Below are positions 12,338 through 25,050 of a stretch of 64,000 bases of DNA, in pieces. Numbering within the stretch: position 1 is the stretch's first letter; each line of letters begins with the position of its first letter. Under the pieces are notes generated by a model. It saw only the letters and a list, made by a program, of their open reading frames with translations, was not told where the DNA came from and made no database searches. Both the position numbers and the translations under genes were made by a program. Origin of the DNA: Haliotis rubra (Eukaryota); the NCBI RefSeq assembly GCF_003918875.1, contig NW_025767093.1, positions 682,001 to 746,000 of the forward strand, read 5' to 3'.

Positions 12338-14130
12338 AGACTGAGTGCATCGGAGAAGTAAAGAGAGAAGACGCCAGTGCATCGGAAAGCAAAGTAAAGA
12401 CGCCATATAACAGCCACCACGTGTTCTATTCCTCACATTTTATTACTCTACTAAAGAACATGATGAAGAAAAGGTCATACCAAATATGTACAAAAATATA
12501 ACGTTTGTCCTTCCAAATATATATAAGTTTACTTTGTAGGAAATCTATTCTAAATTAATGTATATTCAATGCAAATACCTGACCGCATCTCTGCTGCTTT
12601 TTGATAAAATAGTTTGACCCACACATTCTGGAATCAGTGGCCGTTGCCGTGTCCAATTAATACCCACATTCCGTTTTATCACGTATATACAATTCACAAT
12701 AGGCGTCAGGATTTCCAATATACATTATGGGAAACGACAGAGTAGTTTTATTATCATAACTTGTATATAATTAAGGCGAGATTGTTACTTACTTGTCATC
12801 GAGATCAATTATTGAACTGTAAGAATGGAATATCGGTCAGTTGGAGCGTTGTAGCTGAATTATATATTACACTGCCAGTGACCAACAACAGACGCGATGG
12901 CCTGCCGGGGTTATTGACCTGTCGATATACACACGACACAATCACTGTGTAATATCGTTCATAGTGCCCATCTCCGCGATCAGGTGTTACGGAATTACAC
13001 AGCGGTCACGAATGGTCAGTGCAGTGTGGTCAGCGGGGGGAGTAAATGTCGGTTAATGAGTTCAATTATTAACTGTTCAAGCTCACTGTGTACGTTCGTC
13101 CCCCCACCATAGGCCTGAAACCGGAGTGACAATGCAGGCAGGGTGTATTTCACGTCCAATACTCATTTTAACCATGACCAGGACTTGCGGTGCATTTTGG
13201 GGTTTATTAGTGAATGTATGTTGTTTTATGTAATGGTCGGCAATATTCGAGGTGTATCGGGCAAAGGGCGACCAAGTAACTGCCAGGTCTACTTCAGGCA
13301 AAGCAACCATCTTAGCGATCCCCATGAGTCAACTAGTCCAGTAACCATCAACATAACGCCCTGCAACAGAGTACAGAGAATAGATTTCTCTGAAAATATC
13401 AGAAACAAGCCAACAGAGGGTAAATATAATAAAAGTACACATGACAGGGAACAGAATGAAAAACAGGTCAATTAAACAGTAATAAAACAAAACAATGCCA
13501 TGATACGCTCTGGGGACTATTTAGTCAATATCAGATCAGCGACGCGAGTTCCCACTGCAGGTGCGAGATCAACACTGATAGCCCAGTTTATGAATATATC
13601 CTCCAATGATCCAAGTACATTTCGGTGACCTGACAACCAGGACACACCTGCAATCAACATATGACAGGTGATATCTTTTCATCTGCGATATGTTTCGCCG
13701 AAACCCCAGTGAAGACCCAAGTTGTTTATATCGGTCAGTTTTATTAAGCGAGTCCTGGCGTACTTTCTCTACTGCAGCGCTATTGACGTTCCCACACCGG
13801 CGTCAGAGTGCACGTCAGAACAGAATGTGTTAACGAGCGTCTCACGCAGAGCTTTATTTCACAAAGATAATTAAATTTCCGACCAAAGGTCACTATATCA
13901 CGCATAGATTTCACCGACCCCCTTTTCCCAAATATGTGACATATCTATATATATAGATATTAAAATATTTGTGTAAATTAAACTGAAACTACATTGCTTA
14001 TTGATGTAAGATTTAGGTTTCCCGAGTAATTGACATAGATGTATTTAAAAATTATCCTTGATTTCAGAACTGATATGATAAAAAAATAAAGACGAGGCAT
14101 TTCTATGCTACTATTTTCTCTCTTTCTTCG

Positions 14131-14352
14131 TCCCTGCCTGGCGCTCGGCATTAATGGGTACAACAAGGACTTGTCGGCTTGGAGTCAGTATAATGTGTCT
14201 GAGTGGGGTATTCATGCTTCACTGTGGCGTGGTATCTCAGTGGGCTAGCACTCTAGTACAAGCAGCCACACAGACACATACACACGCATGCAAGTCGTCA
14301 TATGAGCGAAATATTCTCAAGCACGACGTAAAACCCAATTTCACCTCACCTC
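14131..14352 (+). mobile_element. SINE family C body and tail (Meta/MESC-domain-like), 5'-truncated
   Basis: TGCCTGGCGCTCGGCATTAA..AAGGACTTGTCGGCTTGGAGTCAGTATAATGTGTCTGAGTGGGG..CTCAGTGGGCTAGCACT; tail CGACGTAAAACCCAATTTCACCTCACCTC; second copy at ~48455-48625. Domain name is from recall. Confidence 0.7.
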
Positions 14353-14441
14353 TCTTTCTTCTCCTAAGATGTGTTGATCCTTTTCCTCGCACTGATTGTC
14401 AAATGGTGTTGTGTTTTGTTGCGATAGTGCGTTGCACTTAC

Positions 14442-14442
<1 letters not shown>

Positions 14443-14479
<37 letters not shown>

Positions 14480-14480
14480 T
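14443..14480. repeat. (TA)n microsatellite
   Basis: Read directly. Confidence 0.95.
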
Positions 14481-15073
14481 TAACCATCAGCAAGGCGGAT
14501 GGGGTCGCCTACAGGGCGATATGCCCACCACACAATGTCGTCACCAATCGCCCCATTACACATGGGGGCAAACAAGTTTACATCTATTGGCGTCATATGT
14601 CACTGTCCCTAAAGCATACTATAAATACGACCATTTACAAGGTATTTGATTACAATCTCACATTAAAGTAAAAACACACGTCAAGTCCAATAGTGTTGAG
14701 AAAGTTTAATTCCAAATATAACATTTGTTACTGTGCCTTGAGCACCAGAATAAATGAGAAAATATACGTCATTTACAAATTGCCTGATATTCTTGTGTTT
14801 TGGGAAATATCTGAATATTCGGAATGTTTAGAACCGTAACATCCAGCGCCATTAAGCCAATGTTACTCGAGATTAATGCCGGTCAAGGTGGATCGGGTGG
14901 ATAAAGCTGGAATATATCTAATAGTGTGACGATCATTTCCACGTGTAGTTTCCAATAAACTTTAGTGTACATCGACGTAACTATTCGGTCTAGTTGTTTC
15001 CCACTTAGTTATGTGAATAATATTTCATGTAGTGGCGGTAAGTACAAGTGCACTAACGTTTTTTGAATGACAC

Positions 15074-16136
15074 TCAATAACTAGTGACTCGTACTCTCCA
15101 ACAACTCGTGACTCGTACTCTCCAACAACTGGTGACTCGTACTCTCCAACAACTGGTGACTCGTACTCTCCAACAACTGGTGACTCGTACTCTCCAACAA
15201 CTGGTGACTCGTACTCTCCAACAACTAGTGACTCGTACTCTCCAACAACTAGTGACTCGTACTCTCCAACAACTAGTGACTCGTACTCTCCAACAACTGG
15301 TGACTCGTACTCTCCAACAACTGGTGACTCGTACTCTCCAACAACTGGTGACTCGTACTCTCCAACAACTAGTGACTCGTACTCTCCAACAACTAGTAGT
15401 GACAACGTACTCTCCAACAACTGGTGACTCGTACTCTCCAACAACTAGTGACTCGTACTCTCCAACTAACGTACTCTCCAACAACTAGTGACTCGTACTC
15501 AACAACTAGTGACTCATTACTCTCCAACAACTGGTGACTCGTACTCTCCAACAACTAGTGTGACTGGTGACTCGTACTCTCCAACAACTCCAACAACTGT
15601 GACTCGTACTCTCCAACAACTCGTGACTCGTACTCTCCAACAACTGGTGACTCGTACTCTCCAACAACTAGTGACTCGTACTCTCCAACAACTGGTGACT
15701 CGTACTCTCCAACAACTCGTGACTCCAACAACGTACTCTCCAACAACTGGTGACTCGTACTCTCCAACAACTGGTGACTCGTACTCCAACAACTGGTGAC
15801 TGACTCGTACTCTCCAACAACTGGTGACTCGTACTCTCCAACAACTAGTGACTCGTACTCTCCAACAACAACTCGTGACTCGTACTCGTACTCTCCAACA
15901 ACTAGTGACTCGTACTCTCCAACAACTCGTGACTCGTACTCTCCAACAACTCGTGACTCGTACTCTCCAACAACTGGTGACTCGTACTCTCCAACAACTG
16001 GTGACTCGTACTCTCCAACAACTAGTGACTCGTACTCTCCAACAACTGGTGACTTGACTCGTACTCTCCAACAACTGGTGACTCGTACTCTCCAACAACT
16101 AGTGACTCGTACTCTCCAACAACTAGTGACTCGTAC
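15074..16136. repeat. 24-bp minisatellite (GTGACTCGTACTCTCCAACAACT[G/A/C]), ~43 copies with slippage variants
   Basis: Tandem units; runs directly into family B sequence CGACTAACGGGATCAGG..CTCGCTGACTTGGTTGA. Confidence 0.96.
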
Positions 16137-16489
16137 AATCGACTAACGGGATCAGGTGCTCGCTGACTTGGTTGATCGTATCTCGATTGCGCTGGACCGA
16201 CGCTTTCGATGAAAATCACAAGAATGTGTGGTCAAGTCCCGATTATGTTTTATTATTTGGTTGGACCGCCGTGATAATGATATTGCTTCATGATGCTGAG
16301 TGTGGCGATAAGCAAACAAACAAACAAACATGTATATAACCCAGCTCCCTTCTAGAGTTGATCGGCATGGAGTGTAGGCAGGATTAGACAACCGTCTTGA
16401 GATATTTGCGTTGAGTTGAGTTGGGCTTTACGTCCCATCGGCATTATTCCAGCCATATAGTGACGAGAACAAGTCTGCAGAGATAATTG

Positions 16490-16681
16490 GGGGAGGTGGG
16501 GTAGCCTTGTGGTTAAAGCGTTCGCTCATCACGCTGAAGACCCGGGTTCGATGCCCCACATGGATACATTTTGTGAAGCCCATTTCTGGTGTCCCCGGCA
16601 GTGATATTGCTGGAATATTGCTAAAAGTGGTGTGAAGCCGTACTCAGTTCCAGCAAACCTCAACAAATTTACTCACTCACT
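16490..16681 (+). mobile_element. SINE family A
   Basis: A/B boxes, conserved body and tail. Confidence 0.9.
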
Positions 16682-17679
16682 TGAGACAGTTGGTTAAAAC
16701 TAGCTATGACTGAGACCAAACATCATGTAATATTTACTACCACTTACATGTTTGTAAGTTGTAATCATATATATATTTCATACATCATCACACGAACCGG
16801 AGAACTGATGGCACGATCCCCACTGATAGCGTTAATGTCAACGCTCTAACCAGTCGGTCACGTGATTGATTGGTTCCGGTGGCGGTCAGGGGAAAACACA
16901 ACTAGACAGCAGATGTCGTAAATATCTGGTCTGTTGTGTCGAAGGGACATTGTTGGGAAAACATTGTTTATTTTCTAAGACCAGAAATCCTTGCCTCAAT
17001 AAACGCATATCTATTTCACCAAACCGTGACATTGATCATAACTATATATGCCCCGCTATTACGCAACAACTTTCACTATAACGCATTAACATATGCAACA
17101 TAATGACGGATATGTGTAAGATTTGATATAGTTCCCCGTTATACACAAGTCCGCGGCGATGCAAACATGTATAGACAACGCGTTATAACGAGAGAACGAT
17201 CGCCATTCTGTTTGTACGGAACAGATGTGTTTTGAGGTGAATGACCGATTTCGGTCTGTTTATAGCTCGACCGTAAATACAAGGTGGATCCGGGGGAGCT
17301 TGTGGGCCAAGGTTGGAAATGGACGCTAGTTGGGGAAAACATATTGGTTGATAACCATATATATATATCTACCTTGCGCAAACAGGCACCTCTACAGACG
17401 GGCGGGAAGGGGTGCGAGCTTCGTCATGGTATCTGCATGTACACTCGTGTGTATGCGTGGATATCGATATTGTACACTTCAGTTATCTTATATCTGCCAA
17501 TAACAGATCGAAATTGTTTGTAGAGACAATATGCATTTTAACATCTCTTGGTGTTCCATAATTCCGGATTCAAATTAGAGAATGTAGAGATAGGCTTTCA
17601 CTCTCGATCCACATTCTTTTGGTTTAGTGCAGATTCTTCACCTTTGACATACAGCTGAAGAAGTTTATAAATAGATCGT

Positions 17680-17756
17680 ATGTCTGAGGTGAAGGACACG
17701 TACAGTGGCACACGGGTGGTGAATATCATCACCGACATCAACCCGTCGGATGAAAG
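17680..17756 (+). CDS. Candidate coding segment of an exon (MSEVKDTYSGTRVVNIITDINPSDE..), product unknown
   Basis: Acceptor TTCTTTTGGTTTAGTGCAG ending at 17632, in-frame upstream stop, ATG at 17680, donor AAG/GTTGTG at 17757; no in-frame continuation found. Confidence 0.25.
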
Positions 17757-17927
17757 GTTGTGTTGATCAACAGACAGTCCCGATAGCCAAATGCAAAGTT
17801 TCTCAAGCACAACAAACGCAGGGCACATTGTACACGTCTTTGGAATAATACCAGATTGAAAATTCAGTACACATTGTGCCCAACTGACTACAAGAGGAAT
17901 AGATAATAGAGTGGCAGTATTCAATGT

Positions 17928-19327
17928 CAGTACAATTACAGAGATGATATAGAGTGTATACACTAGCAGTGGCAGTACAATTACAGTGATGATATAAAGT
18001 ATATACACTAGCAGTACAATTACAGTGACGATATACAGTATATATACTAGCAGTGGCAGTACAATTAGAGAGATGATATAGAGTATATACACTAGCAGTG
18101 CAATTACAGTGACGATATAAAGTATATATACTAGCAGTGACAGTACAATTACAGTGACGATATAAAGTATATATACTAGCAGTGACAGTACAATTACAGT
18201 GATGATATACAGTACAATTACAGTGATGATATAAAGTATATACACTAGCAGTGGCAGTGCAATTACAGTGATGATATAAAGTATATATACTAGCAATGAC
18301 AGAACAAATACAGTGACGAGATAAAGTATACATACTAGCAGTGGCAGTACAATTACAATGACGACATAAAGTATCTACACTAGCAGTACAATTACAGTGA
18401 CGATATAAAGTATATACACTAGCAGTACAATTACAGTGACGATATAAAGTATATACACTAGCAGTACAATTACAGTGACGATATAAAGTATATACACTAG
18501 CAGTACAATTACAGTGACGATATAAAGTATATACACTAGCAGTAAAATTACAGTGACGACATGAAGTATATATACTAGCAGTGACATTACAATTACAGTG
18601 ACGATATGAAGTATATACATTAGCAGTGACAGTACAATTACAATGTCGACATAAAGTATCTGCACTAGCAGAGGCAGTACAATTGAAATGACGCTAGCAG
18701 TACAATTAAAATGACGATATACAGTATATGCATTAGCAGTGACAGTACAATTACAATGACGAGACCCGTGAAGATCCGGGGTAGAATAGGTATTGAGCAG
18801 TACAATTACAATGACGATATAAAGTATATACACTAGCAGTGGCAGTACAATTACAATGACGATATAAAGTATATACACTAGCAGTACAATTAGAATGTCG
18901 ATATAAAGTATATACACTAGCCGTACAATTACAATGACGATATAAAGTATATACACTAGCAGTGGCAGTGCAATTACAATGACGATGTAAAGTATATACA
19001 CTAGCCGTACAATTACAATGACGATATAAAGTATATACACTAGCAGTGGCAGTGCAATTACAATGACGATATAAAGTATATACACTAGCAGTACAATTAG
19101 AATGTCGATATAAAGTATATACACTAGCCGTACAATTACAATGACGATATAAAGTATATACACTAGCAGTGGCAGTACAATTACAATGACGATGTAAAGT
19201 ATATACACTAGCAGTACAATTACAATGACGATATAATGTATATACACTAGCAGTACAATTACAATGACGATATAAAGTATATACACTAGCAGTGGCAGTG
19301 CAATTACAATGACGATATAATGTATAT
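17928..19327. repeat. 39/45-bp AT-rich minisatellite (AGTACAATTACA[G/A]TGACGATATAAAGTATATACACTAGC +/- AGTGGC)
   Basis: Tandem units; explains the hydrophobic VIVLL pseudo-ORFs. Confidence 0.95.
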
Positions 19328-20066
19328 GAATGAGACAAGAGTGAATTCACTTTCTTTTACCATGTTACGGGCCGCGATAAATATTCCCCGGTTCCCGGTA
19401 ACTCATAATTACTGTCTGGAGCAAACATGAAGCAGGTTAGACCACGAATACACATATGTCTTAAAGTACTGACTAAGATGACAATTATGAACTGTCGTTA
19501 GCTCGAACACCATAAACTCGATCAGTAGTTCAGGGCCACCTGGTTCAAGTTAATCAGTTGTAGAGTTTGGGAAAGCCTGAGTTTGGCTGTGAGAAATATG
19601 TGTTTGCAGAATACATTGATCACAGTGTCATAGGTATAATGTGTTTGTTTTGCAAGATACCCATTATCTCCTTTGGAAAGCCCGATGATGGCTGTGGGAA
19701 ATGTTTGTTAGTCAATTATTTATTATGAAATATTTGAAACAAGTGTTTTATTATGAAATACAAGAATCGAGGTTCTTTTGACAGGGGTGCTCAAATTAGC
19801 GATGGGCTTTTGTCGAGAGGGGTTTTGGTCGAGGGGCTTTTGTACCAATGGGCTTTTGTCGTGTGGGGCTTGTGGCCGTTCCCCGCCTCTCTCACGTGCA
19901 CCCAAAAACCTGTGATGGTGGGTTCGAGTCCCAGGGTTCGCCATGATGACGTAGGATCGTTACCGCCATTGGTCGTTCGTTTAGGTAAACTGATGTGGAG
20001 ACCCATCATGTGTCGAACTACGGGTAACTCGCTGTCTTGTTAACCCAGTGCTTCGAGATAATGAGA

Positions 20067-20197
20067 GGCGGTGCTTAGCAAAATATGTAAAGCGTTCGCT
20101 CGTCTACCCACCGAAGACCCGGGTTTGATTCTGATGTCCTCCGTTGTGATATTGTTGGAAAATGGTTAAAAGCGACGTGAAAATATACCCATTCACT
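20067..20197 (+). mobile_element. Degenerate SINE family A
   Basis: AAAGCGTTCGCTCGTC..CCGAAGACCCGGGTTTGATT..GTGATATTGTTGGAA..AAAAGCGACGTGAAA. Confidence 0.75.
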
Positions 20198-20259
20198 TGC
20201 TTGAGCTGCCGACGTTTTACTATTCCAGTAATGAGTTCGTAAGTTCATCATTTCCAGCA

Positions 20260-20430
20260 GGGGCGGTGGGGTAGCCTAGTGGTTAAAGCATTTTGCTCGT
20301 CACGCCGAAGATCCGGGTTCGATTCTCCACATGCGTATGATGTGTGAAGCCCATTTGTGGTGTCCCCCGCCGTGATATTGCTGGAATATTGCTAAAAGCG
20401 GCGTAAAATTATACTCATTCGCTCACTCAT
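20260..20430 (+). mobile_element. SINE family A, full length
   Basis: A/B boxes and tail; flanking direct repeat TCATTTCCAG at 20248-20257 and 20427-20436. Confidence 0.92.
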
Positions 20431-20528
20431 TTCCAGAAAACCTCAACATATTTACAAGTTGGTGTTTCTGTCCTAGTTATGTCACTTCGACCTGACCTGC
20501 TGGACGCCATGACTCGTCATGGTCTTGT

Positions 20529-20884
20529 ACAGACCCACCACACACATACACTCACAGTGAAACACAGACCCACCACACACATACACTCACAGTGAAACAC
20601 AGACCCACCACACACATACACTCACAGTGAAACACAGACCCACCACACACATACACTCACAGTGAAACACAGACCCACCACACACATACACTCACAGTGA
20701 AACACAGACAGACCCACCACACACATACACTCACAGTGAAACACAGACCCACCACACACATACACTCACAGTGAAACACAGACCCACCACACACATACAC
20801 TCACAGTGAAACACAGACCCACCACACACATACACTCACAGTGAAACACAGACCCACCACACACATACACTCACAGTGAAACAC
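20529..20884. repeat. 35-bp minisatellite (ACAGACCCACCACACACATACACTCACAGTGAAAC), 10 near-identical copies
   Basis: Tandem units read directly. Confidence 0.96.
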
Positions 20885-21093
20885 GCCTATGGAAAGAGTC
20901 TTACACAGTTGAGCGTTGGACTAATCACGAGTGTAGAAACTTTTAAAAAAAATGTTTTGAACAGATTGTTTATGACATTTAAGGCGTGTCGGATCCATTA
21001 AAAATGTACATTCTGGAGTGAGACATTGCGTTGTTACATGCAATAACTTCTTACAAATCAATGTAGATTCTTCAGGTTTACATGAGTGAAGGA

Positions 21094-21374
21094 NNNNNNN
21101 NNNNNNNNNNNNNNNNNNNNNNNNNNNNNNNNNNNNNNNNNNNNNNNNNNNNNNNNNNNNNNNNNNNNNNNNNNNNNNNNNNNNNNNNNNNNNNNNNNNN
21201 NNNNNNNNNNNNNNNNNNNNNNNNNNNNNNNNNNNNNNNNNNNNNNNNNNNNNNNNNNNNNNNNNNNNNNNNNNNNNNNNNNNNNNNNNNNNNNNNNNNN
21301 NNNNNNNNNNNNNNNNNNNNNNNNNNNNNNNNNNNNNNNNNNNNNNNNNNNNNNNNNNNNNNNNNNNNNNNNNN
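21094..21374. other. Assembly gap
   Basis: Run of N. Confidence 1.
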
Positions 21375-22077
21375 CAACACAATTTACTTTAATCCCGACT
21401 TTTGAGGCTTGCATCCTCATTAACAAAAATTAATTAAAAAAGTTTGATCAAATCATGATCAAAATACAAGGCCCGTCGTGATAAAATCCAAACTTCACTA
21501 TTCAATACGGAAACCTGAGTAATTTAACGGAACAAATTTGAGAAGCGTAATATAGGTAAAATATGGAGAGAAAAAAACATCCTCAAAAACTCTTCCATTC
21601 TTGTTATGCCATTGTTAGATATTTAAACACTTCAAAACTTGTAGTTTCCTCTGCAGGACTATATAGGATATCATGATGTGTGGATCAAGAGGTAATCGCT
21701 CACCATGCACGCTGACATTTGTTCCAGGTAAAGTACACCGACCTTACCTGACCCTATTTCCCTGCTATATATAGCATCCCGTGTTGTTGTGGTGGGACCC
21801 CCCGTGTTGTTATTGTGGGACCCCCGTGTTTACAGTCAGTGATCTGGGGCGTTTCACCTGTCGGGTCATCTACATGTGTCAGCTGATGTTTGGAGCTGAC
21901 CGGCAAGGTCAAATAGATTAAACTTATTCAACGTAAGTTGTTTTATATCTGATAAAAGACAAAGGCTACATCTGAGACTGGTTTTTGTATCAGTTTAGCA
22001 TTACAATATATAGAATGTAAACAAGTGTATATGTAGATAGCCACTTCGATAGTAACCATGCATTGATTGTAAATGGG

Positions 22078-22196
22078 CGAGTGAGTGAGTGAGTAAGTGA
22101 GTTAGTGAGTTTAGCAATATCACGGCGGGGAACACCAGAAATGGGCTTCACTCATTGTACCAATGTGGGGGATCGAACCCGGGTCTGTGGCGTGAC
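22078..22196 (-). mobile_element. SINE family A, partial
   Basis: (GAGT)n tail, reverse-complement body and B box. Confidence 0.85.
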
Positions 22197-22279
22197 GCAG
22201 TGATTGTTAACATATAGATATTCCGTGTCATGACCTAGCTAGATGACCATTAATGTGGGGGAAAGTCCGAGGTGAAGAG

Positions 22280-22450
22280 TGGTAGCCCAGTGGTTAAAGC
22301 GTTCGATGGTCACTCCGAAGTCCCGGGTTCAAATTCCCATATGGGTGCAATGTTTGAAACCCATTTCTGGTGTCCCTGTCGTGATATTGCTGGGATATTG
22401 CTGGGATATTGCTGGGATATTGCTGAAAACTAAAACTATACTCAGTCAGT
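22280..22450 (+). mobile_element. SINE family A with internal 11-bp quadruplication
   Basis: A/B boxes; GATATTGCTGG x4 at 22383-22426. Confidence 0.88.
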
Positions 22451-22493
22451 GAAGAAGGAGAATAACAATAACATTCCGAGTAGAAAGTTCTGT

Positions 22494-22595
22494 GACTCGA
22501 GAAAATCCCGGTTACCATGGATCTTTAGTAACCTTGCTTGTCGAAGGAGGCCACTGACGGGATCGAGTGGTCAGACTCGCTGACTTGGTTGATTC
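22494..22595 (+). mobile_element. Retroposon family B, degenerate 5' half
   Basis: GACTCGAGAAAATCCCGGTT..GATCTTTAGTAACC.TGCTTGTCG..GGGATCGAGTGGTCAGACTCGCTGACTTGGTTGA. Confidence 0.75.
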
Positions 22596-23214
22596 CTGCC
22601 TGTTAAAAACAAGAAAAGACCCAAACTTCTGTTGTATTCTAATCGCTGTTCTTCTCCACACTGAGTTCACTAACACGCCAGTTATCGTGCTACTTTACGG
22701 AGCTTCTGAAAACACATTTCAATTTCAATGTCTCAATTTACATTAAGTGAGTGAGTGGGTTTAACCGACTATTGACAACATATCTCATTTGTAAGTTGAG
22801 CAACTCGAACACGGATGTTCTCCGCCTCAGTCCCTGCAGATGTAGATAAATGTATATTCGGAAATGTTGATAACGTTTAACAAGTTGGTTCTTCCGATGT
22901 AATCACATGCTTTCTTTCTTCCGTGTGCTGTGTGGGAGAAATACCGTTAGTCATACAGCGACAGCATATTTCACTTCTCACATGAATGTGCAAAATCTTG
23001 ATTTGTAGTCGTTTCTACCACCGGCTAGGGCTTATTGACGTCACAAATATCCATCTTTCCAGTAACGTTTTTCTTGAATCGATTTATTTGTACATTATTC
23101 GTAAATACTGTACCACGTTCGTTGTAATTTCGTAGTATATGTGGTGATGCAACTACTTGTGAATCTGACTGACATCTAATGTCGATCTACATGTATAGCT
23201 TACATCTTCAACAT

Positions 23215-24180
23215 ATCCTACCCGGGGTTTTTTTCACTGATGAATCGAGATACTGTCTAGACTTAACAGATGGTCCGTCTCGAGCGTACCGAAGACAAGG
23301 AGAAAGATTTGTGGATTTCATCGGAACCGAATATGACCCCTGTGGAGGGAATTCAACGTGTTTTAGGATGGATCAGTAGCGAGGCGATCTTCATGTCCTA
23401 CAGAGGGGCACGATGGCAGGTGCGCGCTTCTGGGACGACATTCAGGATGTCTACAGTCCGTTTGATTTCATTTTAGACCGATGAGTGAGTGAGTTAGTTA
23501 GTTTGACGCCGCACTCAGCTGTGTGGCGGCGGTCTGTAAATAATCGAGTCTGGACCAGACAATCCAGTGATCAACAGGATGAGCATCCATCTGCGCAATT
23601 GGAAACCGATGACATGTGCCAACCAAGCCAACGAGCCTGACCACCCGATCCCGTTAGTCGCCTCTTACGACAAGCATGGGTTACTGTAGGTCAATATTCT
23701 AACCCGACCTATTCTAAGACCGATGAATTGCTCACTAACACAAAATCTAACAATTGCACCAAACAATCGACAGACTAACTCTGATGACTTGTCACATAAT
23801 TTTGGACACCCGAATAAAAAGGTTGTATAACAAACGATCATTATTTTGACTTCATCCTGCATTAATGTCTACCTGGACCAGGAGACCAATGTCCGCGTTG
23901 TCCGTGGCCGGCTCGGTGTCCAGACATCCACCCTGTTAACACACGTGGAACGAACTGCAGGCTGTCCTCTTAATGCTCTGTTCCATCGCTGCAGGAACTC
24001 GGCAATGTTCCTGCTGAAGACTGGAATAACCTTACCATGTCTTCCTATGGCAACCATCTACCAATTTTCTTGCTGAAGACTGGAATAACCTTCCCATGTG
24101 TTCCAATGGCAACCCTCCGGTTACTCATTGTGACGACGGTAGCAGGCTGCGATGGCATTGCAAGGATCACTTGCTAATGA
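23215..24180 (+). pseudogene. Decayed Tc1/mariner (DD34E-type) transposase
   Basis: VFFTDESRYCL..DG..RAYRRQGERF..DPCGGNS (first catalytic D region) at ~23227-23356; DLHVL.RGTM.G.RF..DI; PWPARCPDIHPV (cf. WPxxSPDLNPIE) at ~23904-23940; EDWNNLP near 24075; multiple frameshifts and insertions. Confidence 0.8.
23485..23716 (-). mobile_element. Retroposon family B inserted into the Tc1 fossil, with TSD
   Basis: Near-consensus body, (GAGT)n tail; direct repeat AGACCGATGA at 23475-23484 and 23717-23726. Confidence 0.9.
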
Positions 24181-25050
24181 AACCTGTTTTTGGATAATGA
24201 ATTTGTTTTCGTAATTATTTGACGGGTGGGATTTTTGATCAGACACTCTCATTTTACGTGTGATCTGGCGGATTATTGACTTTGTGTGGTACACGACCAT
24301 GAACTGTGGTGACTTTCGGTGACATTCCTGGCACAGCATTTTGTTCTGTCTAGCGAAATACGGTAATAACTCTGAAACAGAGAACTAAGGTTATTGTTTA
24401 GCCTTAGATGAATCAGTTTATCTGTCATCGTATCCCAGTTGCGTAGGTCTGCTGATGGACTGACTGGTCCAGACTCGGTTATTTAACAACGTTTAACAAC
24501 AAACAAACCAATCCTAATTCCTTATTGTTTCTGTCTTTTTATACAGAGCAATTCACAGTCAAGTCATAAGTTATAATATCTGACTATATACACCGCATTC
24601 AGGACATTCCACCAATATCGCGTCGGGAGACACCACAAATACCCATCTGAGGTGTCGAACCCCTGCCTTCGGCGAAACGTTTGAACCAGCTGGCAGTGTG
24701 AAACCCCTGACCGAACAATTTCAACAGTATGGATCATGTTGATCTCAACGAAAAACGATTTTGATACTTTTATTGCTAGGTTGCATTTATCAACATGTCA
24801 GACATATTGCTATTCGGCTTGTCTCTGATAACCTCGTTCTGATATCGCTATCATCGAGGAGCCTCGGTCTGATAGCGATATGATCGTGCCCAGATAAGGA
24901 TGTTGAAATTCACCTTTGTTTGTCTCTTAATGGCTGATTAACACCTGCCTCAGGTAAATCACGGTAGAACGCTGGTCAGACTGCCCTTGGTCATCACATC
25001 ATGTTTCTTTTAACTTGTTTGAGTGGCAATTTAGACGTTGAGACGTACAA

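Noticed and set aside
20260-20335. tRNA-Asp-like genes at family A heads
   Set aside because: No acceptor-stem pairing or poly-T terminator; each continues into a SINE body, often with a TSD
20921-21433. ORFs spanning N-runs (also at 40374-40710 and 43568-43914)
   Set aside because: Artefacts of assembly gaps
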